64,000 nt of DNA from Hungateiclostridiaceae bacterium UBA1305 (lineage in GTDB: Bacteria > Bacillota > Clostridia > Acetivibrionales > DTU013), in contig DBTX01000078.1 of NCBI GenBank assembly GCA_002307275.1, forward strand, positions 42-64,041, written 5' to 3'. The notes below the pieces were generated by a model. The model saw only the letters and a list, made by a program, of their open reading frames with translations. It searched no databases and was not told the origin of the DNA. Shown here piece after piece: positions 62,900-64,000 of the stretch (position 1 is its first letter; each line of letters starts with the position of its first letter). The translations under genes were made by a program, and so were the position numbers.

Positions 62900-63699
62900 A
62901 AGTTTACATACTGGATAATGGATGGCTGGAATGTGATTCAAATATGATGGTGGCTGGAAAGGTTACAGGTACGGTGAACGATAAGAATCCGCGGACGGAC
63001 TGGATAAAGATACCAGTGTACGCAGTTCTGATTGAGCATGAAGACCGAAGAATATTATACGACACGGGCTGCCATCCCGATGCAATGAAAGGATATTGGC
63101 CGGACGGGCTGAAGGTCGTGTTTCCGTATTATTTCAATGAAGGCCAGCAGCTTGACAAACAGCTCAAGCTTATAGGATTGAAGCCTGAAGACATAGATAC
63201 TGTTGTCCTTTCCCATATGCATCTTGATCATGCCGGGAATATAAACATGTTCAAAAGCGCTGATGTTTATGTGCATAAAAAGGACTTCGAATATGGCCTG
63301 ACGCTTGTGCACATATCTCAGGACAGAGCCAGACATGGAGCGTACATAAAAGAAGATATGGAAGTACCCGTCAAGGAATACCATCTTGTGGAGAAGGACT
63401 TCAGTCTTGCCCCCGGAGTTGAAGTTATAACTCTGCCGGGTCATACGCCCGGAATACTTGGATTGGTTATTCACCTTGAAAAGGAAGGAACGCTTATATT
63501 CCCACAGGATGCCGTTTATACAAGAGATAACTATGGGCCTCCTGCCAGACATTCAGGAATAGTATATGACAGCCTTGCATTTTTACAATCAATAGAAAAG
63601 GTAAGATGTCTTGAGAAGGAATTTAATGCAAGAGTAATGTTTTCACATGACATGGAGTTTTTCAAATCCATGAAAAAGGCTCCTGAATATTATGATTAA
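62896..63699 (+). CDS. MBL-fold N-acyl-homoserine-lactonase-family hydrolase (AiiA-like lactonase)
   Basis: The SHMHLDHAGN (HxHxDH) zinc motif is present, with a later PGHTPG and FSHD. 267 aa. The ATG overlaps the upstream TGA (ATGA), and GGGGGTGG RBS is present. Confidence 0.75.
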   Translation: MKVYILDNGWLECDSNMMVAGKVTGTVNDKNPRTDWIKIPVYAVLIEHEDRRILYDTGCHPDAMKGYWPDGLKVVFPYYFNEGQQLDKQLKLIGLKPEDIDTVVLSHMHLDHAGNINMFKSADVYVHKKDFEYGLTLVHISQDRARHGAYIKEDMEVPVKEYHLVEKDFSLAPGVEVITLPGHTPGILGLVIHLEKEGTLIFPQDAVYTRDNYGPPARHSGIVYDSLAFLQSIEKVRCLEKEFNARVMFSHDMEFFKSMKKAPEYYD

Positions 63700-63922
63700 C
63701 ATCACCCATATCGAAGCTTCACATCGCTGGGGTCGAAAATGAAAATACTTCTGATTTCAGATTCCCACGGCTCATAATTTTAAGTGCATTAAACAAGAAT
63801 ATACCAGTGGCAATCCATGCTGCCGGTATATTTTTGTGCCGGAAAAGTGCTTCGGATTCATATTGAGTTCATATTGAGCTGATAATATGCTACTGACAAA
63901 TAAAAAGAAGAGGTACTTATCC

Positions 63923-64000
63923 ATGAAAAGGAAAATAACTATCATTTCGGCCATAGTGATTGTAATAATATTGGCCGGAATTTTTGTAGTCAGACCACTG
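63923..64000 (+). CDS. Partial ORF (first 26 codons): N-terminal membrane anchor of an unknown protein
   Basis: MKRKITIISAIVIVIILAGIFVVRPL with an AAGAAGAGG RBS. It runs off the right edge. Efflux adaptor subunits often start like this, but that is a guess. Confidence 0.3.
   Translation, partial: MKRKITIISAIVIVIILAGIFVVRPL

Overview
64-kb window from what looks like an endospore-forming, moderate-GC Firmicute (Clostridia-like). The evidence for that is a GerA-family germinant receptor, GGAGG-type ribosome-binding sites and a Cu-amine-oxidase-like stalk domain.

(1) 1-12.6 kb is ordinary metabolism. It holds a partial gerA-family gene, a Cof-type HAD phosphatase and an AraC regulator. It also holds a hexuronate/gluconate cluster: PfkB sugar kinase, gnd, SDR reductase, LarA-like/DUF2088 protein, UxaE-like epimerase, aldo-keto reductase and a GH4 glycosidase.

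(2) 12.9-48.4 kb is the interesting part: a ~35-kb system of two convergent operons.
- The minus-strand operon (48384 down to 26322) is a complete Afp/PVC-type contractile injection system (CIS/eCIS). It encodes sheath, tube, a chaperone-like gene, a second tube, a repeat-rich tape-measure-like protein, LysM tube initiator, gpD-like hub, gpV/VgrG-like spike, gp25, two baseplate-J-like proteins, a gpI-like tail protein, a highly charged unknown, an Afp15/Pvc15-like AAA+ ATPase, a large acidic/glycine-rich candidate payload and two tandem chaperone-like paralogues. I could not find a tail-fibre gene.
- The chaperone-like gene carries a candidate -1 frameshift into a start-less 64-codon ORF.
- The plus-strand operon (12875-26297) ends with the DUF4255 cap, an unknown protein and a DUF4280 (PAAR-like) spike tip. 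These are preceded by six tightly coupled genes of unknown role: an Ig-domain protein, a tail-anchored pseudokinase-like protein, a propeller/PDC/HAMP sensor with a degenerate cyclase-like domain plus TPR, a MORN-repeat membrane protein, a TolC-like secreted protein and a secreted coiled-coil protein. I consider this the best candidate for an undescribed CIS-associated envelope/sensing module.

(3) 48.7-64 kb holds regulators and metabolism. It contains an orphan LytTR response regulator divergent from the sheath operon, and a sensor-MFS fusion whose sensor is paralogous to the CIS-linked sensor. It also contains a GNAT, a large LuxR/LAL-type regulator, an AgrC-like kinase/LytTR pair and uxaC. 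A decayed zone follows, with nitroreductase and IS91-like gene fragments. The window ends with a 4-hydroxybutyrate-dehydrogenase-like gene overlapping an MBL-fold lactonase, and a partial ORF.

All family assignments come from reading the translations by eye. No searches were run.
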